Shown in pieces: positions 24,549-34,346 of a DNA stretch of 64,000 nucleotides. Position 1 is the stretch's first letter. Each line of letters begins with the position of its first letter. Made by a program: the position numbers and the translations under genes. Below the pieces are notes generated by a model. The model saw only the letters and a list, made by a program, of their open reading frames with translations, was not told the DNA's origin and searched no databases. The DNA comes from Parachlamydiales bacterium. Lineage in GTDB: Bacteria > Chlamydiota > Chlamydiia > Chlamydiales > Rhabdochlamydiaceae. Location: positions 1,760,001 to 1,824,000 of the forward strand of contig OY970065.1 in assembly GCA_963705295.1 (NCBI GenBank), written 5' to 3'.

Positions 24549-26200
24549 TGAATTATAGCAGAGGCTGCGACCACTCGCAAGAGTTGAAAAGGCTCGTTTA
24601 AAATATCGACGAGGAAAGGAATCGATTCCATACTGCCGACATGGCCGATCGCTTCAAGAATCTGAATTTTCATCTCACGGTTCATGTGGGGATAGACCTC
24701 GGTTAGAACTTTCAACGCTTCAGGGTCACGACCTACCATGGCCAAGAGAAAAGCAGCTTGCACACGGACTTCGGCATCTTCATCTTTCAGAAGCTGCCGG
24801 ATGATCACCATCGCCTCTTCATCCCCCTCTTCTAATAAAACAGAAATAGCCGCTCCTGTGATGCCCCAGGTTTCATTCTTCACAAACCCTTTAATGGCTT
24901 CTTGAGCTTTGGGGTATTGCAAAATGCACAAAATATTCAGAAGATCGAGTCTGACTTTTTGATCGATGACCTTGGGATAGTTGGGTATTTGTTCGATATG
25001 ACTCACAAGGCTCGGCGCGAGCATCCGTAATTGAAAATTGTCATCCCACATCAAATAGGTTTCGTGGTCCTTTTCTAAAAATTGGCTCAGGGTTGTGCAC
25101 GCTTTTTCAACTTCCGCCCTCTGTCCAATCAGACCCATGGCTAAATTCACTCTGACAAACGGATCTTCATTTTTTTCCATCTCTTGGATCATGAGAGGAA
25201 ATGCCGATTTTCCACAGCTACTGAGCGTGACAGCCGCCACGAGTCGCCACCGAGGATGGATGTCTTTCAACCATATGCCTAAATTTTCAATTCCTTTATC
25301 TATGCCTTGAAGAGCGGAGACCCAACACGCGGTGATGGCAACAAGGGGCGAAGAGTCTTCCATGAGAGTTTCGAGTTTTTTTTCAGAAATACGGAATTTT
25401 AAGAGTCCAATTGTTCTCAGGGCATGTGCCCTGACATCGGGAGAAGAGTCTTGTAGGAGAGGCATTAATTCTTTGAGATGGCCATGCAAGTCAAAATAGC
25501 TGATCAGTTCACAACCGAGCTCGCGCAGGCCTGCCCTGTTGCTTTTTAAAAGTTCGCTCAAGTCTTCGGGACGAACAGCATCGTACATCTGAACTAAAGC
25601 CAAAATGGCATGGGCTTTTTCTTCTGTGAGGGTTTTTTTGTTCCCAATGATCTCTTTCAGGGATTCTCTCACCGATTGCATTCTCAGCTTTCCGATCGCC
25701 TGCAACACCTCGAGGCGGACAAACCAAACCTTTTCTTCGACGAGTAGTCTTTTGAGTTCATCTTGAAGAGGTCCATCTCCATAGTGGGCGGCAAATCGAA
25801 TGGCCAAGAGCCGAAATAGCGCATTCGTCCCTCGCATCGCCTGAATGAGCATCGGTACTGCCCGGACATCGCGGGTTAAAGCCGAGCCTATGAGTGCATT
25901 GAAGTGGATATTGAGCTGCGATGAATGGTCCCCTTTTTTTAGCACTCCCCAAGCAAGAATCTCGAGAGCCCGCCGATTTTTTACGAGCTCATCTTTTTTG
26001 CCCATCCATTTTTGGAGTGCGATGGCTTCATCGCCTCTCTCTGTCAAAGCTTGGAGATAGGCTAGCTGAAGATCGCTCGACTCGGGATAGAGTTGTAATA
26101 ACTTTTCTGCTTCTTTGACAGCAGAGTTCGGATCGTGCACCAAGAGATGGGCATAGACACGCCTGACCGCCTCGGCTTCATCAGCGCCAAGAGATGTCAT
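24533..26200 (-). CDS. HEAT-repeat protein (conserved chlamydial)
   Basis: Repeated L.D....VR..A...L units; synteny with HIT and MYG1. Confidence 0.8.
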   Translation of the reverse strand: MTSLGADEAEAVRRVYAHLLVHDPNSAVKEAEKLLQLYPESSDLQLAYLQALTERGDEAIALQKWMGKKDELVKNRRALEILAWGVLKKGDHSSQLNIHFNALIGSALTRDVRAVPMLIQAMRGTNALFRLLAIRFAAHYGDGPLQDELKRLLVEEKVWFVRLEVLQAIGKLRMQSVRESLKEIIGNKKTLTEEKAHAILALVQMYDAVRPEDLSELLKSNRAGLRELGCELISYFDLHGHLKELMPLLQDSSPDVRAHALRTIGLLKFRISEKKLETLMEDSSPLVAITACWVSALQGIDKGIENLGIWLKDIHPRWRLVAAVTLSSCGKSAFPLMIQEMEKNEDPFVRVNLAMGLIGQRAEVEKACTTLSQFLEKDHETYLMWDDNFQLRMLAPSLVSHIEQIPNYPKVIDQKVRLDLLNILCILQYPKAQEAIKGFVKNETWGITGAAISVLLEEGDEEAMVIIRQLLKDEDAEVRVQAAFLLAMVGRDPEALKVLTEVYPHMNREMKIQILEAIGHVGSMESIPFLVDILNEPFQLLRVVAASAIIQCLCN

Positions 26201-26223
26201 CCATAAGACGAGTAAAATCCACT

Positions 26224-26559
26224 TTAAGCCAGATGTGATAGCCGACGTCCTCCGATCAGATGAAAATGGAGATGAAAGATCGTTTGCCCCGCTTCTTCCC
26301 CACTATTGGTGAGAAAACGGTATCCATCGGTGATTTCGAACTCTTCCGCTAGTTTCTGTGCTAACGTGATAATCTCCTCAATCAAAGGGAAATCTTCGGG
26401 CTGCAGGGCCTGCAGATTCGGAATTTCTTTTTTGGGCATGATCAAAATGTGGACGGGTGCTGCAGGAAACCTATCTTTGATGGCCAAAATTCTTTCATTT
26501 TCAAAAACTTTTTCCGAGGGAAGTTCGCCACGGATAATCTTTCCAAAAATCGTTGTCAT
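26224..26559 (-). CDS. HIT family nucleotide-binding protein
   Basis: GQTIFHLHFHLIGG histidine triad. Confidence 0.95.
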   Translation of the reverse strand: MTTIFGKIIRGELPSEKVFENERILAIKDRFPAAPVHILIMPKKEIPNLQALQPEDFPLIEEIITLAQKLAEEFEITDGYRFLTNSGEEAGQTIFHLHFHLIGGRRLSHLA

Positions 26560-27422
26560 GTGTCCCTCAAAATTTTGTCTGCAGCTCTCAAGGCGTCTTC
26601 CTTCGTTTCCCAGACGGAGATAAATCTCCCTTTATGGCAGAAAATGGCTCCAGGAATACCGGTTACTTTTTTAAGCTCTCCATCCATCAGGCCGGCCCAC
26701 TCTGCTGGAAGGGGTTTTCGGACTTTCATCCGATCTTGCGGATTGGGAGGGATTCCTCGGAGCTTCCAGTGAGAGCCAGACGGCATGATCACAAACAAAG
26801 CCGGATGATGCTCTCCCCCATTATCAAAAAAGACATCCATCCACGGCATCGCTTTATCAAAAATGAGGAGTTTTCCTCCCGTTTGCATCGCGCGGGTCAC
26901 AGCCTCTCGACACTCTTCGATATAGTGATACCTTGCCACGAGCCGTTTTAAATGGCCAAATGCAAAATCAAGGGCTTCAAAGAACGCCTTTTGCATCTCT
27001 TCTGAAGAGACTTCATAATCGGGTGGGACAAAATTGCTGATCACCTGGGAAAAAGTGCAAACCCCCGGCTCAAAAATGACCCGCCCTGTGTCGTGCGCAT
27101 CGACACCTCCAATCAACGACCGATTAAGGAAATCGTAGATTTTTTCATCGATCACACCTTGGTCTTTTAGGTAGAGCAAAACCATCCCTGCGCTGCTGAG
27201 ATCGCCTTGGTAATCGAGCTGATGATGATCGAACCGTTTCAGCCCGGGATCGTAAATCCCTCCCACATCGCACACGTATTCGCACTTTTCAAGAACAGAA
27301 GGTGATCTGGATCTAACAATTTTATCCCGATCAATTTTATCAAAAACTTCAAGGAGTGCACAGGCAGTCACCTCATCGGCATGAAAGGTTCCATCATGTG
27401 TTCCGCACGATCTAGTTATCAT
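26556..27422 (-). CDS. MYG1 family exonuclease/hydrolase
   Basis: THDGTFHADE, DVGG.YD..RFDHHQ, LSSAG, FCHKG.F. Confidence 0.92.
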   Translation of the reverse strand: MITRSCGTHDGTFHADEVTACALLEVFDKIDRDKIVRSRSPSVLEKCEYVCDVGGIYDPGLKRFDHHQLDYQGDLSSAGMVLLYLKDQGVIDEKIYDFLNRSLIGGVDAHDTGRVIFEPGVCTFSQVISNFVPPDYEVSSEEMQKAFFEALDFAFGHLKRLVARYHYIEECREAVTRAMQTGGKLLIFDKAMPWMDVFFDNGGEHHPALFVIMPSGSHWKLRGIPPNPQDRMKVRKPLPAEWAGLMDGELKKVTGIPGAIFCHKGRFISVWETKEDALRAADKILRDT

Positions 27423-27462
27423 AGCATTCCATTATAACATTAAATGCACTACATTTGGCAAG

Positions 27463-29562
27463 ATGGAGAGCTACCTACACTCAGACCATTTCGACCTGAT
27501 TACACCTGACGGTCGAATCACCGCCATCACGAAACGATTTATAGAAGTCACGATTGAAAATATTTCTTCGGCCTTTAAAGGATTTACAATTGATCCAAAA
27601 CTTGTCACTTTTAATTTTAAAAGCACTCTTGCCCAGCTAGGTCTCAATGCAACGACGGAGGGTATCGAGCTCGATGCAAAATCGTTTCTAGCAAAAGTCC
27701 ATCTTCAGATTGAATCACTCGATCCCGTTGGAAACAAGCTTCTTCCCCTTCTCACCCCGGGAGCATATATTGGAAAACTGTTCGCCGCCGATGATCGGAG
27801 ACGGGTCCGCGATCCCGAATATCTTTCCCGTATGTTTGGACGGTCTGACCGGCACGGGCTCCCTCTTCTTTCTCTGGGAGGATTGCAAGGGAGTGACGAA
27901 CTCATCTTGGAAAAGATTGAAGGCCGAACGGTTGCATTCTTGGCTCTATTGGAAGGGGTTTTAGTCTACGACAACGAAGTCGAAGGACTCCTCCCCGTTC
28001 TCGCCAAAGCTCTCCATATTCCGTATCTCAAGACGAGAACTCTCCTCCAAATCGAACAGATTTGGAAACCGGGCGCTTCTCGGACGGTCAAAGAAGGTGA
28101 AATTCTCCTCGTTCGGACACTCCCCCTCCATGTCCGCACCGTCTTTGGCAGAGTTGCTACAGAACTTCTCCCCAAGGGTGTTCATCATACTTCTGCCTCC
28201 GTCCTCCAACCCGATACAAAGGCATCTGGAGATATCTATGAACTCTTTGGATCTTCAACGCATGAAGTGCGCGATATGCCGCTCGAATTTTTCACTCTAG
28301 AGCCTCATCGTGAACATGTCTTTTTTGCTGACAGAGATCAGCTCCAGAGTTCTCTTGAAAATCCAGAAATTGTTTTTAAAGCTTTTGACACAGCTCCAGC
28401 ACCGGAACATCAACTAGCAGCTGTATTTGTTGTGAAGGGCGAGCAGCTCCTCAATCTGCAGCCACACGATTGGATCGCCCGGGAACCGCACATGACCGAA
28501 TTCCCAGGGATTGTCAATCCGTCCAGGCAAGCGGCTGCCGTCGAACATTATATCCAGCAACAACCGGCTCTCCCCTTTTTGAAAGCGATCGAAGAAGGGC
28601 TCATCACGAGCGAAGGTGTTCTCTTTACCCGGTATTTCCCCTCGCCTCTTCTCAAACAAATGCTCCTCGGCGCTCAAATTCACCGGAACCTCAAACGGAT
28701 CTATTTTAAATACCCTTCTCGAACCTATGGAAATTATTTTTCCCACGAAGACCGATCTCTCCTGCTCGATCTAGCCAAATTCGGGATACCCACCTATTGG
28801 GTCGATCAAATCAGTCAAAACATCTTGCAATACATCCCTAAACCTGGAAAAGACTCGGGGATGTTTGTCCCGCTGGGTAGCATCGAAACTTTTTTGAAAG
28901 CAACCCTCTTCGGAATTTATGGGTCCAATCTCTTTGAGGACACCCATTTCGAGCAAGAACTGACAAAACTTCTCGAAGGAGTGGTGCAACTTTCGAAAGA
29001 AATGCACCACCCTCTTCTCAATAGTGACACACCCGTGGCTCTCGTCACAGGAGGAGGTCCTGGCTCGATGAGCATCGGAAATCGTGTTGCAAAATCACTC
29101 GGCATTCTATCATGTGCCAATATCATGGATTTTCGGGGAAATGGCGAGCGCGTTGTCAATGAACAAAAACCAAACCCATACGTCGACGCCAAAATGACCT
29201 ACCGTTTAGACAAACTGGTCGAAAGACAAGCTGAGTTCAATCTCGATTTTCCCATTTTTCTCCTGGGAGGCATTGGGTCCGATTTTGAATATTGTTTAGA
29301 AGAAGTCCGCCGCAAAGTGGGAGCTACCCCTGCCACGCCTGTTCTTCTCTTCGGCAAAACCGACTATTGGAAACAAAAAATCACATCCCGTTTCCGTTGC
29401 AATCTAGAAACCGGAACCATCACCGGCTCCGAATGGGTCAGCAATTGTTTTTACTGCATCCAAAATGCGCAGCAAGGGCTCAAAATATATAAGCAATTTT
29501 TCAGCGGCACCCTGAAAATTGGAGTCAACGGACCGATCTTCGAAGATGGGTTCTATTCTTAG
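27463..29562 (+). CDS. Conserved chlamydial protein with C-terminal LOG-like Rossmann domain
   Basis: VTGGGPGSM..GN..A, LVERQ, GGIGSDFE motifs. Confidence 0.75.
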   Translation: MESYLHSDHFDLITPDGRITAITKRFIEVTIENISSAFKGFTIDPKLVTFNFKSTLAQLGLNATTEGIELDAKSFLAKVHLQIESLDPVGNKLLPLLTPGAYIGKLFAADDRRRVRDPEYLSRMFGRSDRHGLPLLSLGGLQGSDELILEKIEGRTVAFLALLEGVLVYDNEVEGLLPVLAKALHIPYLKTRTLLQIEQIWKPGASRTVKEGEILLVRTLPLHVRTVFGRVATELLPKGVHHTSASVLQPDTKASGDIYELFGSSTHEVRDMPLEFFTLEPHREHVFFADRDQLQSSLENPEIVFKAFDTAPAPEHQLAAVFVVKGEQLLNLQPHDWIAREPHMTEFPGIVNPSRQAAAVEHYIQQQPALPFLKAIEEGLITSEGVLFTRYFPSPLLKQMLLGAQIHRNLKRIYFKYPSRTYGNYFSHEDRSLLLDLAKFGIPTYWVDQISQNILQYIPKPGKDSGMFVPLGSIETFLKATLFGIYGSNLFEDTHFEQELTKLLEGVVQLSKEMHHPLLNSDTPVALVTGGGPGSMSIGNRVAKSLGILSCANIMDFRGNGERVVNEQKPNPYVDAKMTYRLDKLVERQAEFNLDFPIFLLGGIGSDFEYCLEEVRRKVGATPATPVLLFGKTDYWKQKITSRFRCNLETGTITGSEWVSNCFYCIQNAQQGLKIYKQFFSGTLKIGVNGPIFEDGFYS

Positions 29563-30746
29563 AATCCCCACGAGAACCCAACCTCCCCGTATTGAGTCCG
29601 TTTTTTGAAGAACTGACCCTCGTACGAATATCCTTGGTGATACGCCAGATAAACGCGCATCTTTCGACCCACACCTTGTAGTTTACTGATCTCGTATCCT
29701 AGCTTAAACGTGCTGTCGATGTTCCAATGACGCTCTTGCCAGTTTTCCATATGGGCCGCAAAAAAGGGAGTTCCAAATAGACGGTGGTAGTTGAGCTTTT
29801 GACCAAAAAGGCGGAGCTCTGTCCCCCAAAATATGTAGAGAGGTTTCATTTTATAGGTATGATCACTCGCAAAAACACATCCAGGACCCCCATAGACCCG
29901 AAGACCACTTGTAAATTGATACGAGCCGATGAGATCGATCGCCTCGAAGCTCGGATTTCTCCGTTTCTTCACCAAATGAGGCCGATTACAAAGCACTTCA
30001 TCGCCCAAATGCCCCGAGATATGATAGACCCTTCCACGGAATGACCATTTATCAAACGCATAACTGAGCGGAACTCCCACCAAATAATCGGTATTGATCA
30101 GCTCGCATGTATTGTGTCTTCGGTGCGGAACATGGCTAAAATTGAAGACCGCCCAGACACCCGCTTGGATTCCAATCTGCAAATCCCCATGCCACCGGAA
30201 AACATCGTGCCACCGAAAAATCGGAAAATCATCCCCGAGTGATACCGCCACCGCTTCTTTTCCCACCACGTGATCGCCAAACCGCCAATTCGCCGAATAC
30301 ATCGGCTCTCTCGGATCGGCAATGAGGGGCAAAAACAGCACCGTCGACTGTGGAAACCATATCCCCGAAACCCGGGGCGCTTCCGTATAAATGACCTTTG
30401 TCTGCAATTCCTCCGGAGTCAGCTCCTTGCGCACCTCGACCGAAGTCACCCCCGGCAGATCTTGCACATAGGTCACAATACTCTTTGCAATCAGATCGTT
30501 TTTCGGAAGATTCGACAAAATAACACGATGATCTTTGACCAAAACCACAACGCTATAATCGTAATAGTTGACATCGATCAGCGCCTGAATATACCCCTCT
30601 AGATAAGGGTCAGTCGCATGCTCAAAACTCTCAACAGGCAAACTGTCTCCCCGTTTAATCACAGACAGTTCCGGATCAATTTTAACAATCTCCTGGGCTC
30701 CCAATGTCAATGCGGCCAATCCAAGCAGCCCAATCCAACGGTACAT
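29559..30746 (-). CDS. DUF1207-type exported/outer-membrane protein
   Basis: Signal peptide MYRWIGLLGLAALTLGA with AAGGAG RBS; PLIADPREP, HISGHLGDE; terminal Phe. Confidence 0.75.
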   Translation of the reverse strand: MYRWIGLLGLAALTLGAQEIVKIDPELSVIKRGDSLPVESFEHATDPYLEGYIQALIDVNYYDYSVVVLVKDHRVILSNLPKNDLIAKSIVTYVQDLPGVTSVEVRKELTPEELQTKVIYTEAPRVSGIWFPQSTVLFLPLIADPREPMYSANWRFGDHVVGKEAVAVSLGDDFPIFRWHDVFRWHGDLQIGIQAGVWAVFNFSHVPHRRHNTCELINTDYLVGVPLSYAFDKWSFRGRVYHISGHLGDEVLCNRPHLVKKRRNPSFEAIDLIGSYQFTSGLRVYGGPGCVFASDHTYKMKPLYIFWGTELRLFGQKLNYHRLFGTPFFAAHMENWQERHWNIDSTFKLGYEISKLQGVGRKMRVYLAYHQGYSYEGQFFKKRTQYGEVGFSWGF

Positions 30747-30845
30747 AGATCTCCTTAATCCTTCTATATCGAACTCCCCTATATTATCCAAAAAATTTTT
30801 TACATTGCTTCGCCAACTTTTCTCCGATATGATTTTCCCCTATTC

Positions 30846-30919
<74 letters not shown>

Positions 30920-31152
30920 CATTTCTCAAGGAAGCCACAGTCAACACCAGAACAGCAAGACGACAAAAGACCCCCATTCACAATAGATTGAAAAACTATT
31001 CTAGCTCCATTATGCGGTTGTACTGTTTGGCGATTGGGAAAAAATATCCGAACTGACGAGAAAATTTTCTCTTTGGAAACTGCTCACAAGGAAAGGTTTT
31101 TTATGATGCCGGCCTTTCTGTCGGAAACGAATTTCGTGATAAGATATCCGCT

Positions 31153-31899
31153 TTATGGCACGCCAGCATTGAATTTATCCAAAAAGAATTTTTTAAACCA
31201 GGCTGGGATTTGATCGGTTTTCATCTCGAGGGAGCTGCCATCGGTGATTTCTGCAAGCCAAACATGTTCATGGGTTGAATTATCGAAGATATAGGCTCGA
31301 TGTGTGAATTGAACAGCCTGTACTAATAGATCCAGAGAACGTTTGTAACGACTTACAATCTTGTCTTCGGGTACAGAATGACCTCCCCTGCTAACTCTAT
31401 ATCGGACGCGAGAAACATTTATCTCAGGATTTTCTGTGGCCACGTAATATAGATAAGTACGATAACCTCTGGATTGTGCTTTGCGGAGAAGCTCTATTTT
31501 ATCAGGAAAAGACATGACAGTTTCAAAGGTGAAAGATGTTGTAGATTGGATTAACTTTTGGCGAATAAAGTCAGCTGCAACGGAGGCAAAATAAGCATCG
31601 ATCTTTGATTCGTGAAAGGATAGTTTATTCTCATTAAAGCGTAATGTACATGTCTCGTCCAGGCTGCCCGATTCCAGCAGCAGAGGGGATTTGTTAAAGA
31701 AGCCGAGGATTTCTTGTTCTGATGTTGTTACTTGATAGGCATCAAGATCGAGAAACCCATAATTTCGGATTTCTTTTTCAATTTCATCAGGATTTATATA
31801 GACGCCAAGGAGCTCTTGACGAAGCATTTTTTTAAACGTGCTTTTGCCCGATCCATTGGGTCCAGCAAACATACGAAGACGTGGAGTATTTAGAATCAT
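31153..31899 (-). CDS. Zeta-toxin-like P-loop kinase
   Basis: AGPNGSGKST, YINPDEI, FTFETVMS, RV..GGH.VP..KI.SRY.RSL. Confidence 0.8.
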   Translation of the reverse strand: MILNTPRLRMFAGPNGSGKSTFKKMLRQELLGVYINPDEIEKEIRNYGFLDLDAYQVTTSEQEILGFFNKSPLLLESGSLDETCTLRFNENKLSFHESKIDAYFASVAADFIRQKLIQSTTSFTFETVMSFPDKIELLRKAQSRGYRTYLYYVATENPEINVSRVRYRVSRGGHSVPEDKIVSRYKRSLDLLVQAVQFTHRAYIFDNSTHEHVWLAEITDGSSLEMKTDQIPAWFKKFFLDKFNAGVP

Positions 31900-32123
31900 T
31901 TTAATTCAAACCTTTGGCCACGCTTTACTGGTATCCAAGCAGGTAATTTCTTAATGAATTTACGCGTTCCATCAGGGAACACCTCTACGAGACTTCCATT
32001 TTCACTGACGAGCACACTACTGCCGGATGCAAGAGCTGCCCAGTATGCTTGTTTGAATGCCACCTCAGCTAGCTCTGGAATGTGCTCTTCCAAATAGTCG
32101 AGAGCCTTTTCACTTAAATCCAT
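31896..32123 (-). CDS. Small protein coupled to the zeta-like kinase (putative antitoxin)
   Basis: 75 aa, ATGA overlap with the downstream gene. Confidence 0.65.
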   Translation of the reverse strand: MDLSEKALDYLEEHIPELAEVAFKQAYWAALASGSSVLVSENGSLVEVFPDGTRKFIKKLPAWIPVKRGQRFELK

Positions 32124-32218
32124 GATTCTATCTCGATTTAGTTTTGAAACAGAAACTTTATTCTAAGAGATTTTCTCTATTTTCTTCATGACATTTTTCC
32201 GCATGATAATATTTCTCA

Positions 32219-32331
32219 GACAAAAATTTACGACGAATGATACAGCTTGCTGAGGCTTTCCCTGACGAATAGCGAGAATCGATGTGGCGAAGCCACAGCA
32301 AGCAGGTTGTCACCTTTTGACCTCTCGGGTT
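32219..32331. repeat. Partial or divergent copy of the palindromic MITE-like repeat; its intact terminus is the IS insertion site
   Basis: CAGCAAGCAGGTTGTCACCTTTTGACCTCTCGGGTT matches termini of the copies at 34474-34659 and 40509-40695; left arm degenerate. Confidence 0.75.
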
Positions 32332-32439
32332 CTCTAATTGCGCACAAGGGCAAATATAAATTCTCTCTTTTTTCTCTCTAAAGCCTCCTCGCCGGTATTT
32401 CTCTTGCGAAATTAAAGGCGAAATAATCTTCAGGACTTT

Positions 32440-32620
32440 GAACTTAGGAAACCAATGTAAGAGAAGTTCCATGGTTCTCTTCGGGGTCTTTTTTGGAGAA
32501 TTATATTTGGATTCTCCGCCCCATTATGCCGACCGAAATGAAACAGGCAAGACAATGTTAATAACGGCTTCCAAGAGCCAACCCGACTTCGTCTTTGCCT
32601 ATCTCTTCGGTTTTTCTCCT
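32440..32620 (-). ncRNA. Putative bridge/seek RNA of the IS1111 element (boundaries approximate)
   Basis: Two stem-internal loop-hairpin units; loop strands GUCGGGUU and UUAUUAACAU match the target and left junction; AGAGAACC matches the right junction. Confidence 0.75.
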
Positions 32621-32661
32621 ACATAATTTAAGCTCTTTGCCTGTTTGTTTTTCTTTTTGGT

Positions 32662-33693
32662 TTAAGCTACTTTTGGCTCGCCATAAATAAATTGTTTATT
32701 TTCAATCATCATACGATGCATGATCACTGCTAGTTTTCTTCCCACCGCTAGGGCTGCTTTCTTTAGCCCCTTTTTTCTCATAATCTTTAATCCCCAAGCT
32801 TTCAGCTTACTCCATTTCTTGCTTCTTGTAAGAATCACTACTCCAGCTTCGACTAATAAAGATCTGAGTTCATTGGATCCACATTTGGAAATTTTTCCCT
32901 GCCTCTGAACATCCCCCGATGCATACTGCGTTGGAGTCATGCCTAGATAGGCCCCTACAGATTTAGAGTCTTTAAATCGCGTTGGATCAAAAATTTCTGT
33001 TTTATAGGTTAGGGCCGTTACAGGTCCTATTCCAGGCACGCTCATGAGTTGTCGAACTTCCTTGTCTTGACTGACTAATTGGAGCATTTTTTTATCGATC
33101 TTCTCGATTTCTTTCACAAGATGATCAAATGCGCTCAGAATGGCTGTTATACTGATTATGACTATCTCTTCATGTTTTTCTAAGTGCTTCATAACAGTGG
33201 AAGAGAATTTTTTAGCTCCCACAGACCCTAATCGTATCCCATAGATTTTGAGCAGTCCTCGAACTGTATTTTTTAGCTGTGTTTGCTGATTGATCAAGGC
33301 TCTTCTAGAAACTAACAAAATTGATCGTTCTACAGATTCCTAGGGTTTACAGTGAACTCGCGTATACAGATTTGACCGAAGCGCTTCTGCGATTCCTCGC
33401 GCATCATTTTTGTCGGTCTTGTTTATTTTCAGAGAGAGAATTGGGCTTAGAGTTCTTGCATCCATACAGATGGGGTCTATAGCTCTTTCCCTAAATCCTT
33501 TGATTAAATAATGAGATAATGCCCCACTTTCAAAACCAACAATAATTTCTTGAAGACCGATTTTTGAAAAATAATCCGCTATCAATTGTGGGTCTGTTTT
33601 TTCCGACCCTTCATGGACAATTTTTCCATGCTCGTTGAGTACACAGATAAAAGTTCTTTTCATTGCGACATCTAATCCAATATAATGTTTCAT
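32662..33693 (-). pseudogene. IS110 transposase/recombinase with in-frame TAG at 33342-33340
   Basis: GLDV, FESG, KTDKND (RuvC-like DEDD), VPGIG, QYASG serine motif; both ORF pieces are in the same frame. Confidence 0.9.
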
Positions 33694-33789
33694 GGGTTAC
33701 TCCAGTTTTTTGCTCTTTATGAGCGTTTGAGATTTGAAAAAATCTCGTTACATTGGAGAGTTTATACTACTCCGTTTTTGGAGTAACCC
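33694..33789 (-). promoter_or_regulatory. Structured 5' leader of the transposase that sequesters the RBS
   Basis: 11-bp perfect IR GGGTTACTCCA (33694-33704) / TGGAGTAACCC (33779-33789) covering GGAG directly before the ATG, enclosing small hairpins. Confidence 0.6.
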
Positions 33790-33836
33790 CTTGTTAATGG
33801 CGCAATTATGGCATGTTAATAAGATGATACGGCCCT

Positions 33837-34346
33837 TTAGCTTTTTAAATGTGCCGCAAGTGTTTCGAAGAGAAACCATGTTCTTCTTTCAGTTTCATCA
33901 ATGAAAATTTCTAGGATGCTGGTCGTTGCCACATCGTTATTGTCTTCGCAGACTTTATGAGCAGCGCGCATACGGGCAGTATAATCTTGATTGTCTTTCA
34001 TCAGGGATTGAAGCATTTTTTCGGGTTCTAAAAAAGCCCGATCCTCATCCTTGACATTTTGTAAACGACTGATATGACCAATAGAACATATCGTTGTTCT
34101 TCCCATTTTGCGAACACGTTCTGCCAGAATATCAATCATGGCAAAAATTTGATCTGCTTGTTCATCGAATAAAAGATGATAGTCTCGAAAGTGACAGCCG
34201 GACATATGCCAATGGAAATTTTTACTTTTGACATATAAGGCGAACGCATCAGCCACTAATGGGTTAATATTTTCTGCTATTTCTTGACGCCCTTTTTCAC
34301 TGAGATCGCTTGGCGTTGCGAGTTTTACGGGTACTTCTTTTTTCAT
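33837..34346 (-). CDS. dps: Dps DNA starvation/stationary phase protein
   Basis: LYVKSKNFHWHMSG.HFRDYHLLFDEQ, D.LAERVR, ERRTWFL. Confidence 0.92.
   Translation of the reverse strand: MKKEVPVKLATPSDLSEKGRQEIAENINPLVADAFALYVKSKNFHWHMSGCHFRDYHLLFDEQADQIFAMIDILAERVRKMGRTTICSIGHISRLQNVKDEDRAFLEPEKMLQSLMKDNQDYTARMRAAHKVCEDNNDVATTSILEIFIDETERRTWFLFETLAAHLKS

Larger units (their letters stand above)
32332..33817 (-). mobile_element. IS110-family, IS1111-type insertion sequence
   Basis: Sub-terminal IRs TAATTGCGC (32335-32343) / GCGCAATTA (33800-33808); GTT core on both sides (32329-32331, 33815-33817); DEDD transposase; long 3' non-coding region. Confidence 0.9.

Noticed and set aside
32158..32626. 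ORFs 32158-32472 (-) and 32438-32626 (+)
   Set aside because: They overlap the IS non-coding end and the repeat remnant; no protein-like features
33340..33342. Stop-codon reassignment or pyrrolysine readthrough
   Set aside because: TAG ends other normal genes here (e.g. infA) and no pyl genes are present
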